Assembly (NCBI GenBank): GCA_964410445.1
Contig: CAYPHB010000001.1
Coordinates: 1,866 to 33,865 of the forward strand
Reading direction: 5' to 3'
DNA length: 32,000 nucleotides
Origin: an uncultured Oscillospiraceae bacterium
GTDB lineage: Bacteria; Bacillota; Clostridia; Saccharofermentanales; UBA5734
The number at the start of each line of letters is the position of its first letter. Positions within the stretch are counted from its first letter, which is position 1. The notes below the pieces were generated by a model. That model was not told the DNA's origin. It saw nothing but the letters and a program-made list of their open reading frames with translations, and did not search any database. Below are positions 1 through 9,078 of the stretch, one piece after another. The position numbers were made by a program, and so were the translations under genes.

Positions 1-1
1 C

Positions 2-67
2 TACATCGCGGTTCCCAGTGCTGATAACTCAACCTTCGACTTCTTTGAAGAGCCCGTACTGAAATAA
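2..67 (+). CDS. 3' end (last 21 codons) of a gene starting upstream of the window; by position possibly the solute-binding protein of the adjacent Liv-type ABC system
   Basis: Open frame from the window edge reads YIAVPSADNSTFDFFEEPVLK, then TAA at 65-67. Same strand and immediately upstream of the livH-like permease. Too short to identify by sequence. Confidence 0.3.
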   Translation, partial: YIAVPSADNSTFDFFEEPVLK

Positions 68-93
68 TACCGAAAGTATATGTAAGTTGAACG

Positions 94-128
94 GGCGGTA
101 TCAGTCAATTCAATTGGCTGATACCGCC
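94..128 (+). promoter_or_regulatory. Intercistronic stem-loop (perfect 11-bp stem, 13-nt loop) without a U-tract; more likely an mRNA stability or attenuation hairpin than a full terminator
   Basis: GGCGGTATCAG (94-104) pairs perfectly with CTGATACCGCC (118-128). It is followed by GGTCAGCAC rather than a T-run. Confidence 0.4.
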
Positions 129-154
129 GGTCAGCACAGATAAGCAGGTGTTCC

Positions 155-1030
155 ATGTTTTTACAGCAATTTATAAATGGACTTACAATTGGCAGCTCAT
201 ATGCACTGGTCGCGATCGGCTATACTTTGGTGTTCGGCGTTCTGGAACTAGTCAATTTTTCTCACAGTTCTGTCTTTATGTTCGGAGCTTACCTGGCTGC
301 CGTAGTCTTAAGCAAATTCGCCAATGTACCAGCCGCTTTTGTAACTGCAATCGGCTTATGCGGCTTGTTCGGCATCTCAATTGACCGGTTTGCGCTCCTG
401 CCCATGAGGCGCAGAGGTGCTTCCCGTGTTTCTTACCTGATCTGCACAATTGGTCTTTCGACCGTTCTGCAAAATATAATTTTCCTGATTTTCGGTTCGG
501 AACCGATGGTTTATCCACAAGTTATTCTAACCGGCAGAATCAGATTGGCTAACGCTGTTATTTCATATCTGCAAATATTCACGCTGGTTCTTTTACTGGT
601 CCTAATGGTTCTGACCTCTCTCCTGGTCTACAAAAGCAAAATCGGCTCATCAATGCGGGCAATATCACAAAATGAAGAAGCTGCAAGGCTTATGGGGATA
701 AATGTAGATACCATAATCACGTTTACCTTTTTCCTGGGCAGCGCGTTGGCAGCAGTCGCCGGCATAATGGTTGGTATGTACTATGGCAACGTCGACTTAA
801 CGATGGGTTTTACAGTGGGTATGAAAACGTTTGCGTCCGCTGTCCTTGGTGGAATTGGCATACTTCCTGGTGCTGTCATTGGCGGACTTTCCATTGGCGT
901 GATCGAGTCCTTATTCGCAGGGTATATTAGTTCCGGCTACAAAGACGCAGTTGCGTTTATCATTCTGATAATAGTTCTACTGATAAAACCGACTGGCTTG
1001 CTTGGCAAAAAGAATGTTATGAAGGTGTGA
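155..1030 (+). CDS. livH: HAAT-family (branched-chain amino acid type) ABC transporter permease, LivH-like
   Basis: 291-aa polytopic membrane ORF. The N-terminus MFLQQFINGLTIGSSYALVAIGYTLVFG is typical of LivH. It is followed by LivM/G/F-like genes. Confidence 0.85.
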   Translation: MFLQQFINGLTIGSSYALVAIGYTLVFGVLELVNFSHSSVFMFGAYLAAVVLSKFANVPAAFVTAIGLCGLFGISIDRFALLPMRRRGASRVSYLICTIGLSTVLQNIIFLIFGSEPMVYPQVILTGRIRLANAVISYLQIFTLVLLLVLMVLTSLLVYKSKIGSSMRAISQNEEAARLMGINVDTIITFTFFLGSALAAVAGIMVGMYYGNVDLTMGFTVGMKTFASAVLGGIGILPGAVIGGLSIGVIESLFAGYISSGYKDAVAFIILIIVLLIKPTGLLGKKNVMKV

Positions 1031-1034
1031 TGGA

Positions 1035-2051
1035 ATGAAGATAATGAACAAGGCATCAACCCGGGGCAAAATCGGTTTTCTGGCGGTACTGACAATTATT
1101 ACGTTAGTATTCCCGCTGGTAGTAAAAAACCAGTATATTGTCCGCATGGGAACACTAAGTCTGATGTATGTAGGCCTTAGTTTCAGTCTGAACTTTGTCA
1201 CAGGTTTTCTGGGGCAGGTCTCGTTAGGTCATGCTGCGTTTCTTGGAATAGGAGCTTATACTTCTGCTATCCTTTCAGAACGTTTGGAATTACCCTTCCT
1301 GGTCACAGCTTTAATGGCTATGCTGGTTTCCGCCTTTTTCGGCATGCTGTTGGGCATACCGGCATTGCATCTCAGCGGTTCATACCTTTCCATAGTCACG
1401 CTGGGCTTCTGTGAAATAGTGCGGATTGTCGAGTTGAACTGGGTTTCACTGACCCGCGGTCCCATGGGGATAACAGGTATCGCCCGACCGAACATTTTCG
1501 GCATCCAGATTAAATCAGTAGCCTCCTATTACTACCTGTGTTTGTTTCTGGTTGCTATTATCGGCGTGATCATAGCCAATATCCTTAATTCTCACGTTGG
1601 CAGAGGGATAATGTCGGTTCGGGAAGATTCTATTGCCGCTGCTGCTATGGGTGTAAACGTTTTTCGCTATAAGGTCATGACTTTTACCATTAGCGCTGCC
1701 TTTGCCGGCTTAATGGGTGCGTTCTACGCTCACTACATGTTGTTTATTGACCCCAGCTCCTTTAACTTTGATCAGTCGCTGACCATACTAAGCATGGTAA
1801 TTTTGGGTGGCCTAGGAAGTCTGCCGGGAAGTGTAATCGGCGCGCTGTTGCTGTCGATCGTCCCGGAACTGCTTAGAGGCCTTGCAGAAGCGCGCATGCT
1901 TTTCTACGGTCTGGCACTAACCTTTATGATGATCCTGCGTCCGCAGGGTCTGCTGGGCAGAGTTACTCTATACCAGCTATTAGGTATAAAGAAAAAGTTT
2001 GCGCCGCCACCTGCTGTTAATACATCCCGTCCAACGGATGAAATGGTATGA
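1035..2051 (+). CDS. livM: HAAT-family ABC transporter permease, LivM-like
   Basis: 338-aa membrane ORF with GQVSLGHAAFLGIGAY and LGGLGSLPGSVIGA motifs typical of LivM. Only a 4-nt gap separates it from livH. Confidence 0.85.
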   Translation: MKIMNKASTRGKIGFLAVLTIITLVFPLVVKNQYIVRMGTLSLMYVGLSFSLNFVTGFLGQVSLGHAAFLGIGAYTSAILSERLELPFLVTALMAMLVSAFFGMLLGIPALHLSGSYLSIVTLGFCEIVRIVELNWVSLTRGPMGITGIARPNIFGIQIKSVASYYYLCLFLVAIIGVIIANILNSHVGRGIMSVREDSIAAAAMGVNVFRYKVMTFTISAAFAGLMGAFYAHYMLFIDPSSFNFDQSLTILSMVILGGLGSLPGSVIGALLLSIVPELLRGLAEARMLFYGLALTFMMILRPQGLLGRVTLYQLLGIKKKFAPPPAVNTSRPTDEMV

Positions 2052-2079
2052 ATAATCAGCCCCGGAACGAGGTAATATC

Positions 2080-2844
2080 ATGAGCACCATGCTTAAGCTT
2101 TCCGACATAACTCAAAGATTTGGTGGACTTCTGGCTGTTTCAGGAGTCAACATTCAAGTTTCAGATAACGAAATAGTTGGCTTAATCGGCCCAAATGGAG
2201 CCGGTAAAACAACGATTTTTAACGTCATAACCGGCATTTATAATCCAACTGAAGGCGATGTCTTCTTTATGGATAAAAAAATCACCGGTAAAAAAATTCA
2301 TGAAATAACCAAGGTTGGAATTGCCAGAACATTTCAAAACATACGACTTTTCAACAACCTTTCGGTGCTGGAGAATGTCCAGATCGGGTATCATCCCTGC
2401 ACGAACTCGGATTTGTTCAGTGCTGCTTTCAGGTTGCCAAGGCGCAACGCTGCCGAAAAAGAGTCGGTTAACAGATGCCTTGAGCTTCTGGAACTGGCTG
2501 GCCTGTCAGAATTCGCAGACGATAAAGCGGGTAGTTTGCCTTACGGTTCACAGCGGCGGCTGGAAATTGTCCGGGCGATGGCAACCGGGGCAGAGCTTCT
2601 ACTGCTTGATGAGCCTGCAGCAGGCATGAATGAACAAGAAACCAATGAACTGATGGACTTCATTAGAAGCTTGAAGAAACTTGGCTACACAATCTTCCTG
2701 ATTGAGCACGATATGAAACTGGTAATGAATATTTGCGAAAAAATCTACGTGCAAAACCATGGCTTATTGATTGCTGAAGGCAAGCCAGAGGAGATCCGTA
2801 TGAACAACGACGTCATCGATGCCTATCTAGGCAAGGAGGTATGA
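2080..2844 (+). CDS. livG: ABC transporter ATP-binding protein, LivG-like
   Basis: Walker A GPNGAGKTT, signature-like YGSQRRLEI, Walker B LLLLDEP, and the C-terminal DAYLG tail typical of LivG. Confidence 0.9.
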   Translation: MSTMLKLSDITQRFGGLLAVSGVNIQVSDNEIVGLIGPNGAGKTTIFNVITGIYNPTEGDVFFMDKKITGKKIHEITKVGIARTFQNIRLFNNLSVLENVQIGYHPCTNSDLFSAAFRLPRRNAAEKESVNRCLELLELAGLSEFADDKAGSLPYGSQRRLEIVRAMATGAELLLLDEPAAGMNEQETNELMDFIRSLKKLGYTIFLIEHDMKLVMNICEKIYVQNHGLLIAEGKPEEIRMNNDVIDAYLGKEV

Positions 2845-2845
2845 T

Positions 2846-3559
2846 ATGTCCTTCTTGACCATCGAAGGCCTGGAAGTCAGTTATGGCCATGTCAAGGCAC
2901 TGAAAGGTATTGATATTACTGTCGAAAAAGGCAGTATAGTGACCTTGATTGGTGCGAACGGTGCCGGCAAGACCACAACAATGAAGACAATTTCCGGGCT
3001 GCTTAAAGCCAAAAAAGGAAAAATCACCTTTGAAGGCAATGATATCACCAATAAACCTTCAGATTATATTGTCAAAAGCGGTATATTCCTTTCTCCGGAA
3101 GGCCGACAGGTTTTTCCGCGCATGTCTGTATTAGAAAACCTGAAGCTTGGTGCGATTACTGTGAAGTCCAAGGACCAGGTAAAAGATACAATGGCAACCG
3201 TGTTTGAGCTTTTTCCAATCTTAAAAGAGCGTGAAAAGCAAAGCGCGGGTACATTATCCGGCGGCGAGCAGCAGATGCTTGCTGTAGGCCGGGCTTTAAT
3301 GGGCAACCCCAGACTGCTGATGCTCGACGAACCCAGCCTTGGTTTGGCGCCAATGATCATCAAAGAAATATTCCAGTTGATTAAACGGATTAATGAAATG
3401 GGAACAACAATTCTTTTGGTGGAGCAAAACGCCCGTGTCGCCTTGCAAATTTCAGATTATGGCTATTGTCTGGAAACAGGACGTATCAGCTTATCAGGTC
3501 CAGGTCTGGAGCTGTGCAATAATCAAAAGGTGAAGGAGGCTTATCTAGGCGGAGTATAA
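2846..3559 (+). CDS. livF: ABC transporter ATP-binding protein, LivF-like
   Basis: Walker A GANGAGKTT, LSGGEQQ signature, Walker B LLMLDEP, C-terminal EAYLG. Only 1 nt separates it from the livG stop. Confidence 0.9.
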   Translation: MSFLTIEGLEVSYGHVKALKGIDITVEKGSIVTLIGANGAGKTTTMKTISGLLKAKKGKITFEGNDITNKPSDYIVKSGIFLSPEGRQVFPRMSVLENLKLGAITVKSKDQVKDTMATVFELFPILKEREKQSAGTLSGGEQQMLAVGRALMGNPRLLMLDEPSLGLAPMIIKEIFQLIKRINEMGTTILLVEQNARVALQISDYGYCLETGRISLSGPGLELCNNQKVKEAYLGGV

Positions 3560-3604
3560 GCAAGCAATAATTATTACTAAAAAGATACACTATGGGAGGT
3601 AAAA

Positions 3605-4126
3605 ATGGCTATTCAAAACGAACCGAAAATTAAAGACGACAAGGTGACAAATTGCCTGCGTTCAGCGATTGAACAGCGCGCAGAATGGTTTTATTTGATG
3701 AACGACGAAGCTGCAAAGCTCGGACATGACTGGGAAGAGTACTGCCGTCCGGCTATCTTCCGTTGCGGCTGCTTCCGCGGCGACGAAATGCTGGAGAATT
3801 TCGAGGATAAATCAGACCTGAAAGAACTGGCGGAATATTTTATGAACCATCCCAACGCCAAGGTTTTTGAAAAAGAAATTATTGAAAGCACCGACGATGT
3901 TCTGATTCAGCATTTCTTCCACTGCCCACTGGTTGCCGGCTGGCAGAAGATGACCGATGACGAAGAACTAATTGCGAAAATGTGCGACGTTGCTATGGAT
4001 GGCGATCGTGGCATGTTCAGTCGTATCCCCGGTGTTGACTTTATACTTGAAGGTACAGTCGCAGAAGGCAAGCCCTATTGTCGGCTGATTCTGAAAAAGA
4101 ACAAAGAAGAGAAGTCAGAAGAATAA
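3605..4126 (+). CDS. Cys-rich 173-aa protein resembling the L-2-amino-thiazoline-4-carboxylic acid (ATC) hydrolase family
   Basis: GGGAGG RBS lies upstream. RAEWFYL, HCPLVAGW, MCDVAMDGDRG and PYCRL segments resemble PF14196-type proteins. Family assignment is by recollection only. Confidence 0.55.
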   Translation: MAIQNEPKIKDDKVTNCLRSAIEQRAEWFYLMNDEAAKLGHDWEEYCRPAIFRCGCFRGDEMLENFEDKSDLKELAEYFMNHPNAKVFEKEIIESTDDVLIQHFFHCPLVAGWQKMTDDEELIAKMCDVAMDGDRGMFSRIPGVDFILEGTVAEGKPYCRLILKKNKEEKSEE

Positions 4127-4168
4127 TTAACTGAGTATCATCTATAAGCGTGCATCCTCAAATGCTGC

Positions 4169-4191
4169 AGAGGGACATTCATTGTCCCTCT
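4169..4191 (+). promoter_or_regulatory. Perfect 9-bp stem / 5-nt loop hairpin in the 128-nt gap after the ATC-hydrolase-like gene; possible weak terminator or attenuator
   Basis: AGAGGGACA (4169-4177) pairs with TGTCCCTCT (4183-4191). It is followed by CTCATTTGA, which is only a partial T-tract. Confidence 0.35.
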
Positions 4192-4254
4192 CTCATTTGA
4201 TACGCTCGTAAAACTAAGTAGGCTGCAGACTCACATCAGCATGAAGGAGTGTCC

Positions 4255-5538
4255 ATGATTGACCGGAGCATTTACGATAATTACCTGAAAATACTGAAAT
4301 ATGAGCTTGTGCCTGCATTAGGCTGCACAGAGCCGATCGCAGTTGCTTACGCCGCCGCCAAAGCACGCCAGGTGCTTGGCCAGATGCCGGAACGCATTGA
4401 AATGCAGTGCAGCGGCAATATTATCAAGAATGTGATGGGCGTCACTGTACCTAACAGCGGCGGGCTGAAAGGCATAGAGGCATCCGCTGTACTTGGCGCT
4501 GTGGGCGGCAATGCTGACGTTGGCCTGGAAGTACTTGAAGAAATTACGGACAAGCATCGGGCTGAGACAAACAGCTTGCTGGAAAAAGGTATCTGTAAAG
4601 TCAGCTTGCTTAAGGATAAGGAAAGCCTGCACATTATTGCCCGGTTGGAAGCAAACGGCGATTATTCAAGCGTTGAGATTAAGTCTGAACATACCCATAT
4701 AACCAAAATTGAAAAAAACGGGACAATTCTCTTCGAACTGGACGATAATATTGATGTTAGTGAATCGGAAATCCACTACGATCAGCTGACAATTCAGAAT
4801 ATTCTGGAATTTGCCAACGAAGTTGCGATCGAAGATGTCAAGGAACTGCTCGAAAATCAGATCCGACTGAATATCGCGATTTCAGACGAAGGCTTGAAAC
4901 ACGATTGGGGTGCCAATGTTGGCAGGACCCTGATCGAAGTTTTTGGTTCAGATATCCGCAACAGGGCTAAAGCACGTGCGGCTGCAGGTTCTGATGCCAG
5001 AATGAGCGGCTGTTCCTTGCCAGTTGTAATTAACAGCGGTAGCGGTAATCAGGGAATTACTGTATCGCTGCCTGTTATCGAATACGCGCTTGAGCTGAAT
5101 ACCGGCCTCGAAAAAATGTACCGCGCCCTGGTAATCAGCAACCTGGTATCGATCCACCAGAAAAACCAGATCGGTCGTCTTTCCGCCTATTGCGGTGCTG
5201 TCAGCGCGGCTGCGGGCAGCGGTGCCGGCATTGCCTATCTCCACGGCTATGGTATAGAAGAGATTTCCGAAACAATCACAAATACAATAGCTAATGTTGG
5301 CGGTATTGTTTGTGATGGCGCCAAACCCTCCTGTGCCGCAAAAATCGCCTCCTCAGTAGACGCTGCGATTATGGCATTTGAGATGAGCCGCAAGGACAGG
5401 ACATTTGCCCCGGGTGAAGGTCTGGTTAAGAAAAACATCGAGCAGACCATCGAAAGCGTGGGCCGGATGGGCCGTGAAGGTATGAAAGAGACGGATATTG
5501 AAATCCTGAATATTATGATTGAAGCTGAAAAGCATTAG
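4255..5538 (+). CDS. UPF0597 / YhaM(CyuA)-type serine-dehydratase-alpha-like protein, probable [4Fe-4S] L-cysteine desulfidase family
   Basis: GCTEPIAVAYAAAKA motif and conserved Cys in MSGCSLP, AYCGAVSAAAG and VCDGAKPSCAAK. The ATG at 4255 is preferred over the GTG at 4249 because AAGGAG sits at 4244-4249. Confidence 0.75.
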   Translation: MIDRSIYDNYLKILKYELVPALGCTEPIAVAYAAAKARQVLGQMPERIEMQCSGNIIKNVMGVTVPNSGGLKGIEASAVLGAVGGNADVGLEVLEEITDKHRAETNSLLEKGICKVSLLKDKESLHIIARLEANGDYSSVEIKSEHTHITKIEKNGTILFELDDNIDVSESEIHYDQLTIQNILEFANEVAIEDVKELLENQIRLNIAISDEGLKHDWGANVGRTLIEVFGSDIRNRAKARAAAGSDARMSGCSLPVVINSGSGNQGITVSLPVIEYALELNTGLEKMYRALVISNLVSIHQKNQIGRLSAYCGAVSAAAGSGAGIAYLHGYGIEEISETITNTIANVGGIVCDGAKPSCAAKIASSVDAAIMAFEMSRKDRTFAPGEGLVKKNIEQTIESVGRMGREGMKETDIEILNIMIEAEKH

Positions 5539-5561
5539 CAATAAAACCTGCGGGAGGATTT

Positions 5562-6521
5562 ATGAACAAGCGTGAAAGAGTCATGGCAGTTTTAAATGGG
5601 CAAAAACCGGATAGAATTCCCTCTGGGTTTTGGCTGCATTTCGAAAAAGAAGCCTTCTTTGGTGATGCAGCGGTTAAAAGGCATCTCGAATTTTTCCGGG
5701 AGAGCAAAACCGATATCTGCAAAATAATGAATGAAAACCTGATCCCTCAGGATCTCAGCCTGAAGACAGCAGCCGACTGGTCTAACGTACAGCCAATTGA
5801 TACTGATTCCGCTTATTTTAAACGGCAGGTGGCACTGATAAAAGCGATTTCGGAAGCCATGGCTGGTGAAGCAGTTCTGGTTGCCACAATTCACGGCGTG
5901 GTTGCCTGTGCCTCGCACATGATTAACGGCATGGACCAATACAATGCGAATAGGCAAATTCTGGTGAAACATTACCGCGAGAATCCTGAAGGCATGAAAC
6001 AAGCATTCCGCTACATTGCCGATTACTTGTTGGAACTCACCAGAGCGAGTATTGAAGCAGGCGCTGATGGCATTTACTATGCCGCTCTCGGCGGTGAACG
6101 TTTTATGTATACAGACGGCGAATTCGCTGAACTGGTACGCCCGTTAGAGCTGGAGATCCTGGAAACAGCAACCAAGCTGGAAGGCTTCAATGTTCTGCAC
6201 ATTTGTAAAGAACAAGTCAACCTCGAACGTTTTCAGGGCTACCCCGGCACAGTTGTTAACTGGGGCATTTTTGCCGGCAATCCTTCACTGGCGGAAGGCA
6301 AAAACCTTTTCCCGGGCAAAATCCTGCTGGGTGGATTGGACGACCGTTCCGGCGTGCTGGTCGACGGTTCTGAAGCGGAAATCACTGCGGCAGTTCACAC
6401 GATTCTGACCGAAATGAGCAATGATTCTTTCTACCTCGGCGCTGACTGCACCTTGCCCCCTGACATCGATATGGACAGAATCAGGATGGCTGTTGCTGCG
6501 ACAGAAAGTTACAACAAATAA
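5562..6521 (+). CDS. URO-D-fold protein of the MtaA/MtbA/CmuA (MT2, methylcobamide:thiol methyltransferase) type
   Basis: N-terminus RERVMAVLNGQKPDRIP is typical of this family. An H-x-C (LHICKE) plus a distal Cys (GADCTLPPD) match the zinc-thiolate motif of MT2 enzymes. GGGAGG RBS is present. Confidence 0.7.
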   Translation: MNKRERVMAVLNGQKPDRIPSGFWLHFEKEAFFGDAAVKRHLEFFRESKTDICKIMNENLIPQDLSLKTAADWSNVQPIDTDSAYFKRQVALIKAISEAMAGEAVLVATIHGVVACASHMINGMDQYNANRQILVKHYRENPEGMKQAFRYIADYLLELTRASIEAGADGIYYAALGGERFMYTDGEFAELVRPLELEILETATKLEGFNVLHICKEQVNLERFQGYPGTVVNWGIFAGNPSLAEGKNLFPGKILLGGLDDRSGVLVDGSEAEITAAVHTILTEMSNDSFYLGADCTLPPDIDMDRIRMAVAATESYNK

Positions 6522-6548
6522 CCTGAAATAATTAGTCACATAAATTTT

Positions 6549-6597
6549 ATATGCACACCACGATGCTTAACCGGCATCTGGGGTGCATATTTTTTTG
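6549..6597 (+). terminator. Rho-independent terminator closing the liv/sulfur-enzyme block
   Basis: ATATGCACACC (6549-6559) pairs with GGGGTGCATAT (6580-6590) at 10 of 11 positions. There is an inner GATGC/GCATC stem, and the hairpin is followed by a 7-T run. Confidence 0.85.
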
Positions 6598-6741
6598 CGC
6601 TTTATATAGTCCGGAGGTTAAAAGATATCGGTGATTCAATAGCAGGCACTCATAGTTTCAGGCCGTATAGTCAGAAATGCGGGTAACCGGAGAAACTGTT
6701 AAATTAAACTAATCATATTATATTTATATTTGATTCTTAGA

Positions 6742-6760
6742 ATTTGCTTTTAAAGCAGAT
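6742..6760. promoter_or_regulatory. Imperfect palindrome upstream of copB (candidate operator), next to a TTGACA hexamer at 6764-6769
   Basis: ATTTGCTTT-T-AAAGCAGAT has 9-nt arms with one mismatch. I found no convincing -10 hexamer and no regulator gene nearby. Confidence 0.2.
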
Positions 6761-6824
6761 TATTTGACACTTTCATGCTAACTGCCTGATGGATTTGTCA
6801 GATTAAGATAAGGAGAAAAAGCAT

Positions 6825-8972
6825 ATGGCTGATGATAAGCATATTAATCATGACCATGCGGCTCACTCTGCCAAGGTTGAGCATAAAGACCATGATGAGC
6901 ATTCCGGCCACGTTGACCATGACGGCCACGATGGTGGTCATGACGGCCACGCTGGACATGATGACCATTCAGACCATACTGACCAAGATGAGCATTCCGG
7001 CCACGCTGACCATGACAACCACACTGATCATCATGCTCATATGGTGGAAGATTTTAAGCGTCGGTTTTTTGTTTCGCTGATTCTAATGGTGCCTATTTTG
7101 GCCCTTTCTCCTATGATCCAAATGTTCCTCAATGTTGACTGGAGCTTCAGTGGTGACCGCTGGCTGCTGCTGGGATTGTCGACGGTGCTTTTTATCTATG
7201 GCGGCAAGCCGTTCTTGACCGGAGCGGTAGACGAACTGAAGCAACGGTCGCCCGCTATGATGACGCTGATTGCACTGGCGATTATTGTTTCCTACGTCTA
7301 CAGCACATTCGTCATCATCATCGGCCGGGGTAATGATTTCTTCTGGGAGCTTGCGACTTTGATCGTTGTTATGCTTCTGGGACACTGGATTGAAATGCGC
7401 TCAGTGATGGGCGCCTCTCGCGCTTTGGACGAACTTGTGAAGCTTATGCCGGAAACCGCTCATTTGCTCCAGCCTGACGGTAGCACAAAAGACATTCCAC
7501 TTGCCGATTTAAAAACTGGTGACAAAGTACTGGTTAAACCTGGGGAAAAGGTGCCGATTGATGGCGAAATTTTTGCTGGTCATTCTGCCGTTGATGAAGC
7601 GATGATCACAGGCGAGTCGGTTCCAGTCGAAAAGCAAGCCGGTGATGAATTAATTGGCGGCTCAATCAACGGTGACGGTATTCTCAACTTTACCGTCAGC
7701 AGAACAGGCGACGATACATTTCTTTCGCAGGTTATTCACATGGTGCGTGAGGCCCAGGCCTCAAAATCCCATACCCAGCGGTTGGCGGACATTGCAGCCC
7801 GCTGGCTCTTCTATGTTGCAGTAACGGCCGGGCTGATCACCTTTGCTGCCTGGATGCTGCTCGGCCGCGGGATTGAATTTGCTATTGAACGCGCGGTTAC
7901 AGTAATAGTTATCTCCTGCCCGCATGCGCTGGGGCTGGCGATACCTTTGGTAACAGCTATTTCGACCAGCATCGGTGCCAACAAAGGCCTCTTGATTCGC
8001 GATCGCGCTGCTTTCGAAAATGCCCGCAACCTGAATGCTGTTGTTTTTGATAAAACCGGAACTCTGACACAGGGTCAATTCGGTTTGACAGACATAATTC
8101 CAATCGCGATTGAAGAGACTGAATTGCTGACGCTGGCTTATTCAATTGAAGCTAATTCCGAGCATCCAATCGCTCACGGTATTGTCAGAGAAGCTGAGCA
8201 ACGAGGCCTACAACTATTGCCGGTTAGCAATTATCGCAACCTCACCGGCCAAGGTCTGATGGCTACTGTGGCTGAACGTAACTTGAGTATATTAAGCCCC
8301 GGCGCTGTACGTGACAAGGGAATAGTTTTTGATGAAGCTGCCTTCGACAGCCTGGCAGCGGCAGGTAAGACTGTGGTTTTTGTAGTGGAGGGCAGAATCC
8401 TTTTGGGAGCCTTGGCTTTGGCAGATCTGGTTCGAGAATCAGCAAAACAGGCTGTGGCCGAGCTTAAAGAGATGCAGGTTGAGTCAATTATGCTTACTGG
8501 CGACAATCCACGTGCTGCTGCTTACATTGCCGAACAAGTAAAAATTGATAAGGTTATTGCGGAAGTTCTGCCGCAGCATAAAGCAGAAATAATCACAAAT
8601 CTGCAGCAGGAAGGCAAGCGCGTGGCTATGACAGGCGATGGTGTCAATGACGCGCCCGCTCTGGCTCAGGCAGATTTGGGCATCGCGATCGGCGCTGGTA
8701 CAGATGTTGCAATTGAGACTGCTGACGTTATTCTGGTCCGAAGTGATCCGCTTGATGTTGTCAGTATTCTGAATCTGTCGCGCGCAACTTATCGTAAAAT
8801 GATCCAGAACTTGATTTGGGCAACCGCTTATAATGTAATCGCATTACCACTGGCAGCAGGCATTTTTTATGATCAGGGAATCGTTGTCTCGCCGGCGCTG
8901 GGTGCAGTATTTATGTCATTAAGCACGATCATTGTCGCGATTAACGCCCGTCTGTTGAGAATTCGTGACTAA
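6825..8972 (+). CDS. copB: Heavy-metal P1B-type ATPase with a His-rich N-terminus and CPH transmembrane motif (CopB-like copper exporter)
   Basis: [22 protein letters not shown] and GDGVNDAP motifs are present. About 70 N-terminal residues are dominated by H/D. AGGAG RBS sits 9 nt upstream of the ATG. Confidence 0.9.
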   Translation: MADDKHINHDHAAHSAKVEHKDHDEHSGHVDHDGHDGGHDGHAGHDDHSDHTDQDEHSGHADHDNHTDHHAHMVEDFKRRFFVSLILMVPILALSPMIQMFLNVDWSFSGDRWLLLGLSTVLFIYGGKPFLTGAVDELKQRSPAMMTLIALAIIVSYVYSTFVIIIGRGNDFFWELATLIVVMLLGHWIEMRSVMGASRALDELVKLMPETAHLLQPDGSTKDIPLADLKTGDKVLVKPGEKVPIDGEIFAGHSAVDEAMITGESVPVEKQAGDELIGGSINGDGILNFTVSRTGDDTFLSQVIHMVREAQASKSHTQRLADIAARWLFYVAVTAGLITFAAWMLLGRGIEFAIERAVTVIVISCPHALGLAIPLVTAISTSIGANKGLLIRDRAAFENARNLNAVVFDKTGTLTQGQFGLTDIIPIAIEETELLTLAYSIEANSEHPIAHGIVREAEQRGLQLLPVSNYRNLTGQGLMATVAERNLSILSPGAVRDKGIVFDEAAFDSLAAAGKTVVFVVEGRILLGALALADLVRESAKQAVAELKEMQVESIMLTGDNPRAAAYIAEQVKIDKVIAEVLPQHKAEIITNLQQEGKRVAMTGDGVNDAPALAQADLGIAIGAGTDVAIETADVILVRSDPLDVVSILNLSRATYRKMIQNLIWATAYNVIALPLAAGIFYDQGIVVSPALGAVFMSLSTIIVAINARLLRIRD
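6894..7016 (+). repeat. In-frame 30-nt direct repeat inside the His-rich N-terminal coding region of copB
   Basis: GATGAGCATTCCGGCCACG(T/C)TGACCATGAC occurs at 6894-6923 and 6987-7016. Identity is 29/30 and the offset is 93 nt (31 codons). Confidence 0.9.
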
Positions 8973-9078
8973 AGCTTGTCATCATTTCGCTTCAGAAGCT
9001 ATGCCGCAAAACATGTGGCTTGATGGCAGAATCCCGACTGCTTGTTAAGGGTTCGTGATTAAGCTAAGATAGCATTTG

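Noticed and set aside
6598-6824. A sigma-70 promoter for copB (TTGACA at 6764-6769), or a small RNA in the AT-rich 227-nt region
   Set aside because: No acceptable -10 hexamer lies at 16-18 nt spacing, and there is no terminator-bounded unit. Only the imperfect palindrome is recorded, at low confidence.
6832-7080. 82-aa alternative-frame ORF over the copB N-terminus
   Set aside because: It is a low-complexity by-product of the repetitive CAT/GAC codons of the His-rich tail. The main frame continues into a complete P-type ATPase.
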